Part shown: one piece after another, positions 1 to 14,691 of the stretch
Layout of the letters: every line of letters begins with the position of its first letter
How positions within the stretch are numbered: position 1 is the first letter of the stretch
Source: Octopus vulgaris
Taxonomy: Eukaryota
Direction: 5' to 3'
NCBI GenBank assembly: GCA_951406725.2
Contig: OX597823.1
Span: forward strand, 55,552,001 to 55,616,000
Length of the DNA stretch: 64,000 bases
Notes under the pieces: generated by a model
The model's input: only the letters and a program-made list of their open reading frames with translations
Told to the model about the DNA's origin: nothing
Databases searched by the model: none
Position numbers and translations under genes: made by a program

Positions 1-788
1 ATGTATGTATGTATATATGTATGTATGTATGTATGTATACACAGATATTTTTGGTGTATATTCACACATTCCCAGACATATCCAAATATGTAATTCTCCA
101 CTCATATATCCACCCATACGTACATATTTACATATGCATGTACGTAATTATATCTCGTATATACATATACATACGCCAGTACTTAGTCGCAAAGGTACAT
201 ATGTGTCTACTTATTCGCATAAATACAGACGTATCTATCAGCATTCTTAAACACATGCATAACTATATAGGAAACCTATAACCAAGAAATAAATAACTAA
301 ACTATGAAAAATTATTTAGCTTTATTAATAGATTCTATATTATGTAACTACATCTGTGAGTGTGTGAATGTCTTTGTGTACACGCATACATATGCCACTG
401 GATGCGCGGTACTGTACATTTTCACTTACTTATATATTCATATGTACATATTTGTGTGTGTGTGTGTGTGTGTGTGTTTGTGTCTATGTGTCAATACGTG
501 TATATCTCTATATAGATATAATTATATCTATATCTATATACATATATACATGAGTGTGTGCATGTGCGTTTGCATGTATGTGTACGTGTATGTATACATG
601 TATACATGTGCATGTATGTGTATGTATGTATAAAACTCCAGATACGTGATGCGATGCATGAAGCTGAGTCAAACCGGTATAAAATAATTACATGTAACTC
701 CGACCCAATGGCTTGCGTGTGACTTTCTTCTGTTCGTCCTATGCATGTATGTATGTATGTATGTATGTATATATATATATATATATAT

Positions 789-876
<88 letters not shown>

Positions 877-879
877 GAA

Positions 880-1060
880 AAAACAAAAGTCACAAAATGA
901 GAACGTAGCGCAAGCAATGTATTAATATGACGCTCGGAGATGGAAAAGAGTAGTTGTTTTACGTTTCGAGCGTAGCTCTTCTTCGGAAAGAGGAAAAGCA
1001 AGAAAGTCCAAAGGGAAGAAGGAAAGGGAGAGAAAAATCGCCAACAATCCACGAGCGCTT
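880..1060 (-). mobile_element. Dispersed repeat (probable PLE terminus) carrying a minimal hammerhead fold; related copies at ~21245-21400 and ~29985-30110
   Basis: Three copies share tgtatta(a/g)t..acgct.gg..aaaag..ttt(t)acgtttcgagc..gctc(t/c)tc..gaaag. Confidence 0.65.
957..989 (-). ncRNA. Minimal type I hammerhead ribozyme-like motif
   Basis: Minus strand reads ttt CCGAAGA A GAGC tac GCTC GAAA CG TA aaa: stem I, core, stem II, GAAA, palindromic stem III ACGT, GUA triplet. Confidence 0.6.
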
Positions 1061-1371
1061 ACATTTCTGAAGTGACTGGAAATAGGAGAAACCGAAGTGC
1101 TTTCTGAGACAGGAGAGTGTGAAGATGGCTGGTATGTGTGTGCATGTGTGTGTAGTAGCGTGTGTATGTATGGTAGAGTGTGTGCGTGTGTGGCAGTAAC
1201 TACGTGTGTGTGTGCGTGATAGCGTGTGTGCTTGTGGTGGTAACTGTGTGTGTGTGCGTGGTACGTGCTTGTGAGTCTGTGTGTGTATGTGGTAGGATCT
1301 GTGTGCGTGTGAGTTAGTGTCGCTCAGAGAGGTCGGCAACTACATTGACAGGTTTGTGAATTGCAGTGTGT

Positions 1372-1425
<54 letters not shown>

Positions 1426-1883
1426 GTGTGTGTAGATAGAAGTGTAAGTGGTAAATCAGAGGGAGTCCGAATGGGTGGCTGTGGCTGTGTGAATGGGTGT
1501 AGGAATGTGTATTTGTGTGTGTGTGTGTGTGTGTGTGCACATGTGAATGGGTGCGTGAATGTGTCTCTCTCTGTTACTGTCTGTCTCTTTCTGTATATAT
1601 ATATATGAGTACATGCGAGCGTGTAGGGATGTTTGTGTGGAGGTATACGTGTATTCATGCGTGTGTGCAAGAATGTGAGTGTGTGTGTGTGTGTGTGAGG
1701 GGGAGAAAGGGGTGAAGTGCAGTGCGTGCAGGTGCGTTGTCTGAAGGGTACACATACACAGAGGAAGAAAGAGAAAGAGTAAAGAATGATCGATAGCCGT
1801 ACGCATACACACTCTCACACACATATACATACAAATATATATATGTCTATATATATGTATAATGGCAGATAACATATACGTAT

Positions 1884-2033
<150 letters not shown>

Positions 2034-2635
2034 TTTTCCATTCCCATTAATGTAATTGTAATTTTCTAATTAGACATGACCTTTTTGGCTTTTTATAAAG
2101 ACAAGTTTCCTAACTTTTGTGATGTGTTTGCGTGTAAGTATTTATGATATATTGTTTGTATTTAAGTAAGTACGTGCGTACATATGTACATATGTATGTA
2201 TATTGTATGTGTGTATATATATATTTGGATGGGTGGATGGATGAACGGAAGAAAGGACGGATGTGTGTGAGTATGTGTGTGTCTGTGTATGTACGTATGT
2301 ATGTATACAAGCATGCATGTGCAAATATTGCATCTGTACCCTCACACATCTGCGTACCTACTCGTGTTTATGTGCACATGCTATACTTTTTAAATATCTT
2401 ACATATTTTCACACTGCCTTTAATAGCATGTAGTGCAATTTCCTAATTATTTGAGAAGTTTCTGGTTTTCTGTGTATGTATATTTATCATTACTTTATCT
2501 ATCTATCTATCCGTCTGTCTGTCCGTCTGTCTGTCTCTCTGCTTCTTTATCTGTCTGTCTATCTATCTAGCTAGGTAGTTAGGTAGCTAGCTAGCTAGCT
2601 ATCAATCTATCTATGTATATCTGTATAGATATATG

Positions 2636-2730
<95 letters not shown>

Positions 2731-3449
2731 GTCTGTCTGTCTGTATGTCTGTCTGCCTGTCTGTCTATCTATCTGTCACTCAAAAGGTCCCTGCATAAGG
2801 GTTGTTTAAGGATATTCAACGAAACAACCATGTTTTCATAGGTGAATTAATTAAACCCTAAAGAATTCCCCTTAATACATGACCATGATGCTCCCCACTA
2901 CTTCTGCTTTTGATCAGAGATGCACTTATCATCAGCCACTAAGCTAGTTAAGATTAAGCAACTGACAAGCAAGTCTGTGGTATTCAGCAGAATATTTGCT
3001 GTAGTCCATCTTTTTATATCAAGACAAAACATGTACATGATAACATTCCCACTGTTACATGGTAACTTTCAGCACTGTTGCCGATGTAATCGACTTATCC
3101 CGTCCCATGAAATCGTTGTCCTTGTGCCAAAATTTGAAACCAATATACACATGTCTGAAATTCGAGCTGCTATAAGTTTCTTTAATTTCGTGCTGTGAAA
3201 ACACGATAATCTGAAAAAGCTGTATATGTTTGTATATACTTGTATATTATCAATTGCTGGTATAATATATTACTGGTAATATACTTGGTAGAATATTATG
3301 GTTGCAAAACGAAATACTGTTTCCTTGGCAGCAGTTGATATGTACGCACTAGTTGCCAGGAATGTATTTAATATGTAAATTGTCCCTCCAGTTGTGTTCC
3401 ACCGGAGTATTTAAACAATGTGCTAATGGATAATATGTAGATTGAATGT

Positions 3450-3494
3450 GGTACTGATGAAAAGACAATCACTCTGGAAATATGCATGTACACC
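3450..3494 (+). ncRNA. Degenerate hammerhead-like motif
   Basis: ggta CTGATGA aaagacaatcactctg GAAA tatgcatg TA cacc; canonical core and near-palindromic stem III, weak stem II. Confidence 0.4.
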
Positions 3495-3627
3495 CATTAC
3501 CTATATTTCTATCTTCGATCGCATAGTTTACAGAGACGTATTTGTTTTTGAAACGTCGTAGCTTCCAGTGCTGGCTAAGAATATTGTAGAAACTAAAAAA
3601 AAGATAAAATTATAAGTAAAAATGCTT

Positions 3628-3743
<116 letters not shown>

Positions 3744-6338
3744 GTGTGTATGCATGTATATATGTATGTATGTATGTTTGTATGTATGTATGTATGTACG
3801 TGTGTATGCATGTAAATATGTATTTATGAAAATAAGTATATACTTATGTACATTTTTTTTCATACTTTTTGAGTTTCCTAATAGTGGTGAAGGAGCTGGT
3901 TTAAAAATAATACTTTTCTCGGGAATTTAGAGATCAAATTAGTAGTCTTGTATATATGCATGATTGTATACATGGATGTATGTATACTTACGCTCATGTA
4001 TGCCTATACACTTATTTATATACATAAGCTCATGCATACATGAGAGTAGATGTGGATGCCATGGGATATATAGATCAGATTACACCAGATTATACACTAA
4101 ACTTCTTAAATGCTTTAGATATTTCGACAGTTTTTTTCTTTTTGACAGCTTGTAGCTGATTAGGCGTATTCTTGATTTTGTATAGCCCAGCTTCTCAAGC
4201 CTGGAACTAAAATAATAATTCTTAATGAAACCGAGTACTCTTAGAATTATTTCTACAAAACCTAATACATATGTTTGTGAGTATGTATCTACATATACGT
4301 ATATATTGCCTCTTTTCCTTACAGTATAAGGAAAATCTGAGTTCGAATCCTACAGAATTCAACTAGGTCTTATAATTTTGGGGCCGATAAAATAAAGTAG
4401 CAGTTCAGTATTGGATTCGATGTAAAAAAAAAAATAATACACACTCCTCTCAAAATTTGTGTCCGTAACGTCATTACTTAAATAGGTAAACAAAAATTAG
4501 TATAGCTCAGTCTCTTACGTATTTTCTCTTTAACTTGATCTCGCTACCTCGTAAGTGCGTGTGTGTGTTCGTGCGTGCGTGTATGTGTGTGCGTGTGTGT
4601 GTACACATTCACGCACACACTTGCAAATTTATAAATCATATATGTGCATACCTGTAATCTGTAAGAATCTGTAAGCGGAACAGGAAGTAAAAATATGCAA
4701 GACTTTTCCCACATCCCAAATACGAATTCGTTTTCACTGTCTACAATCCAACGATGAAGATTTGTATCTATGTTAGAAACCAGTTACTTCTTTACAGGAT
4801 GATTCCTAATTATTGGAAATTGAAGAGAATACATATGCATACACAGACACAGATATATTATATACATATACACATAAGCACAAACACACTCGCGCGCAGA
4901 CACACACGTACGATATACATTATGTATGTATGTATGTATTACATCTATTTTTTGATATAAATTTTTCGTTAATTCATTTGGAAAATGATGTATTTGGATT
5001 GTTTTTCGTCTTGTGAGCTTCAATATTTAAGCATGAGGACGTGTTCTGTATTCAAATCTGGTTAGTATTGAGTTGCTGTTGATATTGTTTTATAAATGAT
5101 GAGATTATTGACCGTTTGGCAAATACTGTCCTCCTCGTCCCCACCCAAAAAATCAACGCATAAAGAACAAAAACAGTTTTCCTGTTTGTTTTAAACTTCT
5201 TATAAGTTTCATTAATGTCTTAAGAATATACATTATTCAGCTCTAAATAAGTTCTGCATACAAATTATCAAACGTATTCAAAGTTCCAACAATCTCGTTT
5301 TTGTATATTATGGACTTACGCACTAGGTTGCTTTCAGAAGAAATCCCTTTACATACGAACCAAATATACAGTTTGAAGATAACTTTTTTGATCTATTAGC
5401 TTTAAGAGTTATTGCCCCCAAAAGGCAAGCCATAATAATATTATAGAAACAAATAGAAAACAATACACAAATAGGGTTCTGCACTCGGGTGAACATTATC
5501 AAAGGTGTTTTCTTTTTTTTCATATTTTTCTCTCAGGTTTTAGTAATTAGATAGAGTTGTGGTTATTATATCTTGTTGGTCGACTCACCACGCAGATACG
5601 CACTTAACTCGTGTGGTACCTAGGTGGAGTAATAAATATATTAAACGTTATGAGGTTTGTACCTTGTTCAAAGACGCATAAGTCACTGCATTGATGCATG
5701 AGTCTATCGTCAGCTTCTCAGCAGCTCATTTTCAGTCGGTCATCCACTGACGCATAAATACTCTCTTGCCCACACTCTCTTTCTCTCTCTCTCTCTCTCT
5801 CTATCTCTATCTTTCTCTTTTTCTCTCTCTCTATCTCTCATACACACACTTACACACTCATAACCACACCGGCATGCACATATTGTGAATATTTACTCAC
5901 TTACATCGTACATTACGTATATTTCTACAACGGGTTTGAGAATAAATGGGAGCATCAAAGCCGGCATTCGAAACACAGAATAGTGAACAGTTATGAAAGC
6001 AAACACACGTAAAGCTTTCTTTCTGATTTATTTTTTAAGTCTTACTCTTGCTCTCTACCATCTCGGCCGACTTCACCTCCCATATGTCAGCTTATTATAA
6101 TTGAGTCTTCAAACATTGTAGCAGCCTGGCTGCCATTACTCTCATGTTTCTCAATAAACCGATCCTTTTTATCGTTCGTCAGTCAGCTATAACATAGGCA
6201 TCGCAATGGAAAGTTCACAGCTCCTTATCTTCATCGATATATTGACAAGATATTCATATGAGACTGACTGCCGCTTAGTGATTGATATCTGAATAATCTT
6301 AATAAAATAATAAGAGCAATAATAATAATAATAATAAC

Positions 6339-6388
<50 letters not shown>

Positions 6389-6411
6389 TGAGGATGATGA
6401 TGATGATGATG

Positions 6412-6477
<66 letters not shown>

Positions 6478-6947
6478 GTGATAAAGCAACAAAGTTAAAG
6501 ATATTCAACTTTCTTAGAGCAAATCACGGTCCAGTTGCTTTTAGCTGTTTATCTCCCCCCCACCGCACTTTTCTAGCCAAAATCTTATTTAACAAGATTG
6601 GAGAAGATCAGAAAGAACAGCCATTGTTACCAATGGTTAAAAAGAAAAATAAGAAAAAGCAACAAATAATGTTAATGGTAGCATTTCCTGTTTGGACTTG
6701 TCTACGTTTTGACTGTCTATGTTTATACTTTGCCATTATATATGTGTGCTAGTGCGTGTGTGTATGGGGGTGGTGACTGTGTGCATACATATGTATATAT
6801 ATGTATATGTATGCATATATATATGTGTGTGAGTGTGTATGTGTGCGTGTGTGTGTGTGTGTGTGTGGTTGGCTGGGTGGCTGGGTGGGTGTATAGACAT
6901 ATATGTACGCGCATGTCTGCATGCATGAATGCCTATATTTAAATATA

Positions 6948-7334
6948 TCTCTCTATATATAAACGGCAGTTTGTCTGTGCGTTTTCTGTGTGTCTGTTTT
7001 CTCGTACCCTCACCCTGACCACGGCTTTCAACCGATTCTGATGAAACTTGACACACACATAGCCCAATGTCATAATTCAAAACTAACGCAGCGAAAATTT
7101 TGAAAAGTTCCCCCAGTTCTGAAAAAATCGATAAATTCGACATGGGGTCGAGAATCAGAAACCCAAACCACAGACCGTCTAGGGGACGCAACTCCACCTT
7201 TTTTAACTCTCAAAAAAAAAAAATTTACCATCATTTTTTTTCCATTTTTTTGCTATTTTTTGGCTATAACTCTTTAAAAATGCTTTATAGTTATTTCCCT
7301 TGCAAACCTGAGCAACGCCGGGCTATACTGCTAG
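6948..7334 (+). mobile_element. Non-autonomous Helitron
   Basis: A|TC 5' start (tctctctatatataaac), subterminal hairpin cctgagcaacgccggg at 7307-7322, 3' CTAG|T end; inserted between A and T with no TSD. Confidence 0.8.
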
Positions 7335-7574
7335 TATGTATATATGTGTATAAACATGTATGTATGTATGCATGTATAAATGAAAGTATGCGTGTGCTGC
7401 TACCTTTGCTGGTTTTTTTTTTTTCTCCCAGATATCAGAAATATGATAAATATAGTCCCTTGCAGAACTGTTACTCTTATATTAAAGTGCTACCGATGGT
7501 GAAAGGTAAAAGTAAAATAGTTATAGTAACTACTACTACTACTACTACCGCTCCTAATGAAGATGATGCTACAT

Positions 7575-7669
<95 letters not shown>

Positions 7670-7816
7670 GGTGGCAGTAGCAGCAGCGGCAGTCATCGCA
7701 TTTTTTCTCCTTTTCCGTTCCGATTCTTTTTTCATAGATCTATGTGTACCATTGTGCTTCCATATTTTCTGCCCGTTTCCATTCTCACTGTAACCTCTTC
7801 TCTCTTGTGCTCCCCC

Positions 7817-7875
<59 letters not shown>

Positions 7876-8097
7876 GTATATATGTGTGTGTGTGTGTGTG
7901 TGTGTACACGCATATATACGCATATACATACTCTTGTACACACACGCGCATGCATACACACGCACACACGTACAGACACACAGGCACATACACACACACA
8001 CACGCACATCTGTATGAACGTTTTCATCTTTCGATCGGACTATTGTTTTCATTAAATTCGGTTTATATAAAACTCCCAATCAAATATGTATGTAAAT

Positions 8098-8179
<82 letters not shown>

Positions 8180-8214
8180 GTATGTATATATAAATATATG
8201 TATACATATTTTAT

Positions 8215-8575
8215 TTGTTTCAGTCAATTGCTGGAGTACCGCCATATTTTTAGTCGATGAAGTCGACCCCAGGACTTATTCTTTGTAAGCCTAGTACTTA
8301 TTTTATCGGTCTCTTTTGTCGAACCACTAAGTTACGGTGACGTAAACACACCAACATCGGTTGTCAAGCGATGATGGGGGACAAACACAGACACAAAGAC
8401 ATATAAATACGACAAGCTTTTTTCAGTTTCCGTCTACCAAATCCACTCACAAGGCTTTGGTCGCCCCGAGGCTATAGTAGAAGACACTTGCCCAAGGTTC
8501 CCCGCAGTGGTGCTGAACTCTGAACCATGTGGTTGGAAAGCAAGCTTCTTACTACATAGCCATACCTGAGCCTAT
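8215..8575 (-). mobile_element. tRNA-derived SINE, family B
   Basis: Matches the copies at 47300, 49585 and 54914 (…ccttgggcaagtgtcttctactatagc…cttgacaaccgatg…). Confidence 0.85.
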
Positions 8576-8654
8576 GTACAGATATATTTAATCTATTATC
8601 TGTTACACGTACTTTTTCGTATCGGAACAGGTTCAAAAACTCCCCACTTTTGAC

Positions 8655-9100
8655 GTGCTATGTTGGGCATGTTGGGCATCTTGTTAGGATGCAGGATGAC
8701 AGGTTGCCAAAGAAGTTGTTTTACTGGGAGTTGCAGCATGGCAAACGTCCGAGGCATAACCCTAAGAAACATTTTAGGGATGCTGTCAAAGCAACACTAA
8801 GGCTCCTAATGTGAAAGCTGAAGACTGGGAGCAGATGACGCAAGATCGATCGGTTTGGAAACAAATAATCTACAATAGATGTAAAGCATTTGAAGCTCGA
8901 AGAACTGAACAATCTATCTTGAAACGAGCACTTCGTAGACAGGACTTGACTACAATCCCAGAAACTTTTCTGCCTAAAAATACTTGTAAGATCTGCAGTA
9001 GAGTTTGTTTGTCAAGTGCAGGACTTGCTAGTCATATAAGATCTCATGACAGTATTTATTAATTGAAGAGATAGCCTTCTTCTGTAAAGAAGTGGCAATC
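8655..9100 (+). pseudogene. RTE-clade LINE 3' fragment (post-RT region plus C2H2 finger)
   Basis: Translates as GHLVRMQDDRLPKKLFYWEL…W…DRSVWK…CKICSRVCLSSAGLASHIRSH with a frameshift; ends in (TATG)n. Confidence 0.85.
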
Positions 9101-9103
9101 ATC

Positions 9104-9136
<33 letters not shown>

Positions 9137-9399
9137 TGTATGTATGTATGTATGTATGTATGTATGTATGCATGCGTGCATTCATGCCCTTGCATTTTGT
9201 GCTTGCCACCTGCATCACTTGATAACCAATGTTGCTTTGTTTACATCCCCGTAACATTGAGATACAGCAAAGGAGACCGATTGAATAAGTACAAGAATTG
9301 AAAAATAAGTATGGCCGAAGACCATGCTGGGGTATGGTCCCAATCTAAACTTGTGTGTGTGTGTATGTGTTCATTTGCACATACAATCATATATATAAA

Positions 9400-9456
<57 letters not shown>

Positions 9457-9459
9457 ATG

Positions 9460-9670
9460 TTTGTGTGTCTGTGTTTGTCCCCCTAGCATTGCTTGACAAC
9501 CGATGCTGGTGTGTTTATGTCCCCGTTACTTAGCGGTTCGGCAAAAGAGACCGATAGAATAAGTACTGGGCTTACAAAGAATAAGTTCCGGGGTCGAGTT
9601 GCTCGACTAAAGGCGGTGCTCCAGCATGGCCGCAGTCAAATGACTGAAACAAGTAAAAGAGTAAAAGAGT
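9460..9670 (+). mobile_element. SINE family B, 3' half
   Basis: Ends ggcggtgctccagcatggccgcagtcaaatgactgaaacaagtaaaag. Confidence 0.85.
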
Positions 9671-10399
9671 ATATGTGTGTGTGTATATATGTATATGTGT
9701 GTGTGTGTGTGTGTATTGGAGTATGTATGCATGTATGATATTGTATCAGTAAATAAACTAATATTTGGGACAGATATTTCAAATATACTTTGAAAAAAAT
9801 TTATAATACATAACGATCGAAGTCTCCAAATGGTCAATAATTGCGCCTAGGAGAAGAAAAATATATTATTAATAAAAGTATATTATTAATATTATTATAT
9901 CAATACTAATGATATAAAAAAAAGAAAATATATTAGATTAATATTAGGAAGAGGACGCATAGAAAGCGTTATTGCATCTGAAAATGACAAAAAAACCACA
10001 GAAGTTCGGATTTATAAAGCAACAATGGTGTAGACTCGAAGCTTCAAAGTTCAACAATATAAAGTAAATTCACTAAGAGAAAGAGAACAAGTAACAAAAA
10101 CAAAAACAAGAACAAGTAACAAAAACAAGAAACAAAAAAAGAATTACTTTATATATTAAACTAGCATGGTGTAATTTTGGTGAAAGTATGAAAAGAAACA
10201 AACATTAAAAATAATAAAAGTAGGGGGAAAGAAATCAATAAGATCAGAATAAATAAAGAGCGGAATGGAAGTACCTCCGGAGTATAGAAAAAAACTCGTC
10301 AGTAACTGATTTTCAACAGATACAGTGGAATTGTGTCAGTGACCGGGTTACAAAAATACCATTGTACTATTAAGAACCATAAAAAAAATGTGAAGATAG

Positions 10400-11120
10400 A
10401 CGCAGACGTGGCTGTGTGGTAAGGAGCTTGCTTCCCAACAACATGGTTCCAGGCGGCGAGCTGGCAGAAACGTTAGCACGCCGGGCGAAATGCGTAGCCG
10501 TATTTCGTCTGCCGCTACGTTCCGAGTTCAAATTCCGCCGAGGTCGACTTTGCCTTTCATCCTTTCGGGGTCGATAAATTGAGTACCTGTTACGCACTGG
10601 GGTCGATGTAATCGACTTAATACCTATGTCTGTCCTTGTTTGTCCCCTCTGTGTTTAGCCCCTTGTGGGTAATAAAGAAATAGGTTCCGGGTCCAGTCTC
10701 ACCGTATGACACCTTGTGTATGTGCTTTCTACTATAGCTTCGGACCGACCAAAGCCTTGTGCGTGAATTTGGTAAAAATAAAAATAAAAGAGGCCTCCCT
10801 CATATATATCATGTGTGTATGTGTGTGTGTATGAGTGTGTGTATGAGTGTGTGTGAATCTATCTATGTGTCTGTGTGTGTGCGTGTGTGTGTCTGTGTGT
10901 ATGTCTTTATGGCTGTGTTTGTGCCCCACTGCCGCTTGATAACCGACGTTGGTTTGTTTACTTCCCCGTACCTTAACGGTTCAACAAAGGAGACCAAAAG
11001 AATATGTACCAGGCATTAAAATGGAACAAGTATTGGGGTAGATTCGTTCGACTAGCATTCCTCAAGGCGGCGCACCTGCATGTCCGCAGTCTAATGACTG
11101 AAACAAGTCAAAAATAAAAG
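10400..11120 (+). mobile_element. Diverged SINE family B interrupted by a family A SINE
   Basis: Head gtggctgtgtggtaagg…ggttcc resumes at 10683 after the insert. Confidence 0.8.
10451..10682 (+). mobile_element. tRNA-derived SINE, family A, nested
   Basis: ggcggcgagctggcagaaacgttagc…gagttcaaattccgccgaggtcgactttgcctttcatcc; ggttcc duplicated on both sides. Confidence 0.9.
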
Positions 11121-11534
11121 ATAATTTTGATACATTCAGTACTAGTTTATATATATACTTACATTCATAAGCGCACACACCAACACATATACAATAAATA
11201 TACGTTAGTAAGTTATGTAGAATAAGATTTTACTGCTTCTGTTGCATAATTCAAATTTTACTCTGCATAAGCGGCATCATTGCAAACAAGTGTATTGTTT
11301 AGACATTATAACCAATATATTTCAGATCAGCTGATTCGAACTCGTTTCGAAAGTGACAAGAATATGTGACATTGATAATACGCATACACAGCGAAATACA
11401 CATCTGCTGCACACGCAGTCGCAGCCGGAGTGATTTCCTTTCAACTAGCTGTAAAGAATACAATGTGTTTTATACCATACACCTACACACCCACACGCGT
11501 ACATGCAGGCACGCGCGCGCGCACGCACACGCAC

Positions 11535-11592
<58 letters not shown>

Positions 11593-11793
11593 GGCGGTGA
11601 GCTAGCAGAAACGTTAGCACGCCTGGCAAAATGCTTAGCGGTATTTCGTCTGCCGTTACGTTCTGAGTTCAAATTCCGCCGAGGTCGACTTTGCCTTTCA
11701 TCCTTTCGGGGTCGATAAATTAAGTACCAGTTACGCACTGGGGTCGATGTTTGTCCCCTCTGTGTTTAGCCCCTTGTGGGCAGTAAAGAAATA
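11593..11793 (+). mobile_element. SINE family A
   Basis: Near-identical to 10451-10682 with an internal deletion. Confidence 0.9.
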
Positions 11794-11794
11794 C

Positions 11795-12168
11795 ATATTA
11801 TATTTCGGGATGGTCTATTTCTTTATCATTTTTTGTGGGTTGGTGGGGGGGGGGGTGCAAAGAAACACACGCACCATATATTTGTTCTTCATCTCAGATT
11901 TGTTTTTCTTCTGATTTTATGTTTAGGTCATTTAGAGAATGGACTATAACACAACAGGAGACAAGTGCGATGAAAAAGTCGTTGAAAAAGTAACAGTATG
12001 TGTGACGACAGATTTCCAGAAAAATGACATAAGATAAGAACACTAATAAATTTGAAATGAAGAACGAATATATAGTGCGTGTGTTTAATGACCGTCCCAA
12101 AAGATAACAGTATCTGTTTCAATACAAGATTTCACGTCAGGAACCTTGCAAAGCAAATACATAAACGT
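11795..12168. mobile_element. Old fold-back relic of the PLE terminus seen at 27.6-29.9 kb
   Basis: 12060-12168 resembles 29730-29856; 11795-11900 resembles the inverted arm starting at 27591. Confidence 0.65.
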
Positions 12169-12196
12169 GATACACACACACACATACATACACAGA

Positions 12197-12790
12197 GGGT
12201 ACGATGGGTAAATTATCGCCATTTTATATTTTTAATTTCGCGTATGCGCATTTGTGTTTAATTTTGTCGAGTACATAGTATGGTAGGGTCAGTTGGCCAC
12301 TACCTGTGAGAAAAACAGCACCATGACGCAATTCGCTCTGCCAGAAACTGATACCTCCATTCACGTAGGCATCAGTTCCTTCTCATACAGCCTCGGACTC
12401 AACACGGAGACCTAAAACAAGTGCCTGGAGGAAGTAGTACTTCCCTTGGTCAAGAGAGTGGTTGCTGAAAGACCATATGTCTAGTAACTGGACTCTCCAC
12501 CTTGCCACAGAAGCACGAGGACCCAGTCAAAGCTGTCACACAATTTCTGCGGCTACATCACCCCTAACATCTGGCTACCTAACTCCCCAGACTGCAACCC
12601 CCTTGATTATTATGTGTGGGACGCAGTTGAGCGAGAGACCAACTAAACTCCTTGTAACACCAAAGACGAACTGAAGGCAACGGTTATGGCAGGATTCACC
12701 AACTTAAACAAGAAGAGTTGCAGGAGATTCCGAAGTCGTCTGGAGGCCGTGGTTGAAGCCAATGGCGATTCAAAATGTTTTTATGTAATT
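12197..12790 (+). mobile_element. Tc1/mariner-superfamily relic, maT (DD37D)-like, internally deleted
   Basis: Translates as …DSPPCH…IWLPNSPDCNPLDYYVWDAVERETN…FRSRLEAVVEANGD with stops and frameshifts. Confidence 0.8.
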
Positions 12791-12834
12791 TTGGTAAATA
12801 TATCTGTTGAAATGAGATGTGATTAGACGACATA

Positions 12835-13045
12835 CTCTTTTACTTGTTTCAGTCATTTGACTGCGGTCATGCTGGAGCACCGCCCGTTAATCGAAAAAAA
12901 ATCAACCCGAGGACTTATTCTTTCTAAGAGATGAGGAATAATGTACATTATTTAAATTTGACGGATATTTGTCCTCAACTTGTTTGTTGGTAGAAGACAT
13001 TTGCCCAAGGTGCCACGCAATATGGACAGGACCCTGAACCATGTA
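12835..13045 (-). mobile_element. SINE family B fragments
   Basis: Tail tacttgtttcagtcatttgactgcgg plus head remnant. Confidence 0.7.
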
Positions 13046-13308
13046 CATACGTTTGTGTGCATATGTATATGTATATATATGTGTGCGTGTGTGCGCGAGC
13101 GCGAGCCCGCGGTTGATAAGATGATGCTGGCGCAAGCGCGGAATAGATAGTTAGGGGATTAACATTCGCAGAAGTAGAAATTTTAAATTTCAACTTAATC
13201 AGCATAAAGTACTTCAAATGTAGACGAGTTGGCTCTATAAATAAACCGCTGCTCACCTCTAGATGCGTATATAGATATCTCTATACGTACATACATACGT
13301 ACATACAT

Positions 13309-13362
<54 letters not shown>

Positions 13363-13692
13363 TATCTGAGTATACACACAGTGTGCACTGATACTTGGTC
13401 TTGTTTCAGAATTTCAGAGTACAGATTGTGGTCTGCAACAATCTTCGGATGGAAAAGTAAATTGATTTGAAATGGCAAGATCAATTTTCTTACGGGTATT
13501 CAAGAAGGAATAGCACAGCAAGCGCATAAAATATTATTCATTGCTTCAGGTGAATTAACTGAGTTTGGTTAAAGGGGCATGAGATATTCCCGTATGTGCA
13601 GTTCATTGATATCCCCGATATAACGGTGTTGCCTTTACCTCACTTTTATCTACCGATGATGCTAAATATCAAGTTACATAAACCCAAGCACA

Positions 13693-13740
<48 letters not shown>

Positions 13741-14190
13741 TACACAAGCACAGATATACACACGCGCACATATATACATATATAGATACATACACTCGTC
13801 CATGCGTCTGTGTGTACACACAGAAGCACACAAACACACACACATAAATATATATGTGTGTGTGTATGTATGTGTATATATACACATACATATGTATATA
13901 TACACATATACTTACACACATGCATATATATCACATATATGCATATATATACATTCACATACTTCCACAGACACATATAAAAATATAATTTCATATACTC
14001 CTTTATAGCAACTGTGTGTGTATGGGTACGTGCGAGTGTGCGTGTGTGCATGCGTGTGTGCTTGCGTGTGCGTGTGCACATATATATGTGGATATAGGTA
14101 TGTAGAAATATATATAATATATACACATATGAGCATGCTTATATATATGGCAAATGTATAGTATGCGTATGCACATATATGTTTGCTTGA

Positions 14191-14226
<36 letters not shown>

Positions 14227-14281
14227 TATATACATAGATACATAGTATATGTATGTATGCATACATACATACATACATACA

Positions 14282-14317
<36 letters not shown>

Positions 14318-14373
14318 TATTTATCCGAAAATACACCGACACTGACACACACAGACAAACATACAAACACGAG

Positions 14374-14404
<31 letters not shown>

Positions 14405-14654
14405 ACACAAACAAATATATGTACATAGTCATGTACATACGCATGCATAGTTAATGTTAAACACGACAGACATCGTGACTAATGTTACTAACATTTTTTT
14501 TAGTTTGTCTAATATTTCTTTAGTTTCTTGTTAGCGTTGTTTTCATGACGTTTAGATCGACATATGTTTCTTTGTTTCTCTCTTTCACAAACATAAGCAC
14601 GTTTGGACCTACAACCACCAAAATCAACACACACACATACCTCACCCACCCAGA

Positions 14655-14691
<37 letters not shown>

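Noticed and set aside
7038-7048. CTGATGAAAC as a hammerhead core
   Set aside because: No stem II, III or I; it is part of the Helitron internal motif accgattctgatgaaacttg.
7100-8017. 305-aa ORF, the longest in the track
   Set aside because: It runs through a Helitron end, (TAG)n and (CA)n repeats and has no protein-like content.
14545-14575. Minus-strand GAAACATATGTC hammerhead half
   Set aside because: No upstream core or stem II could be found.
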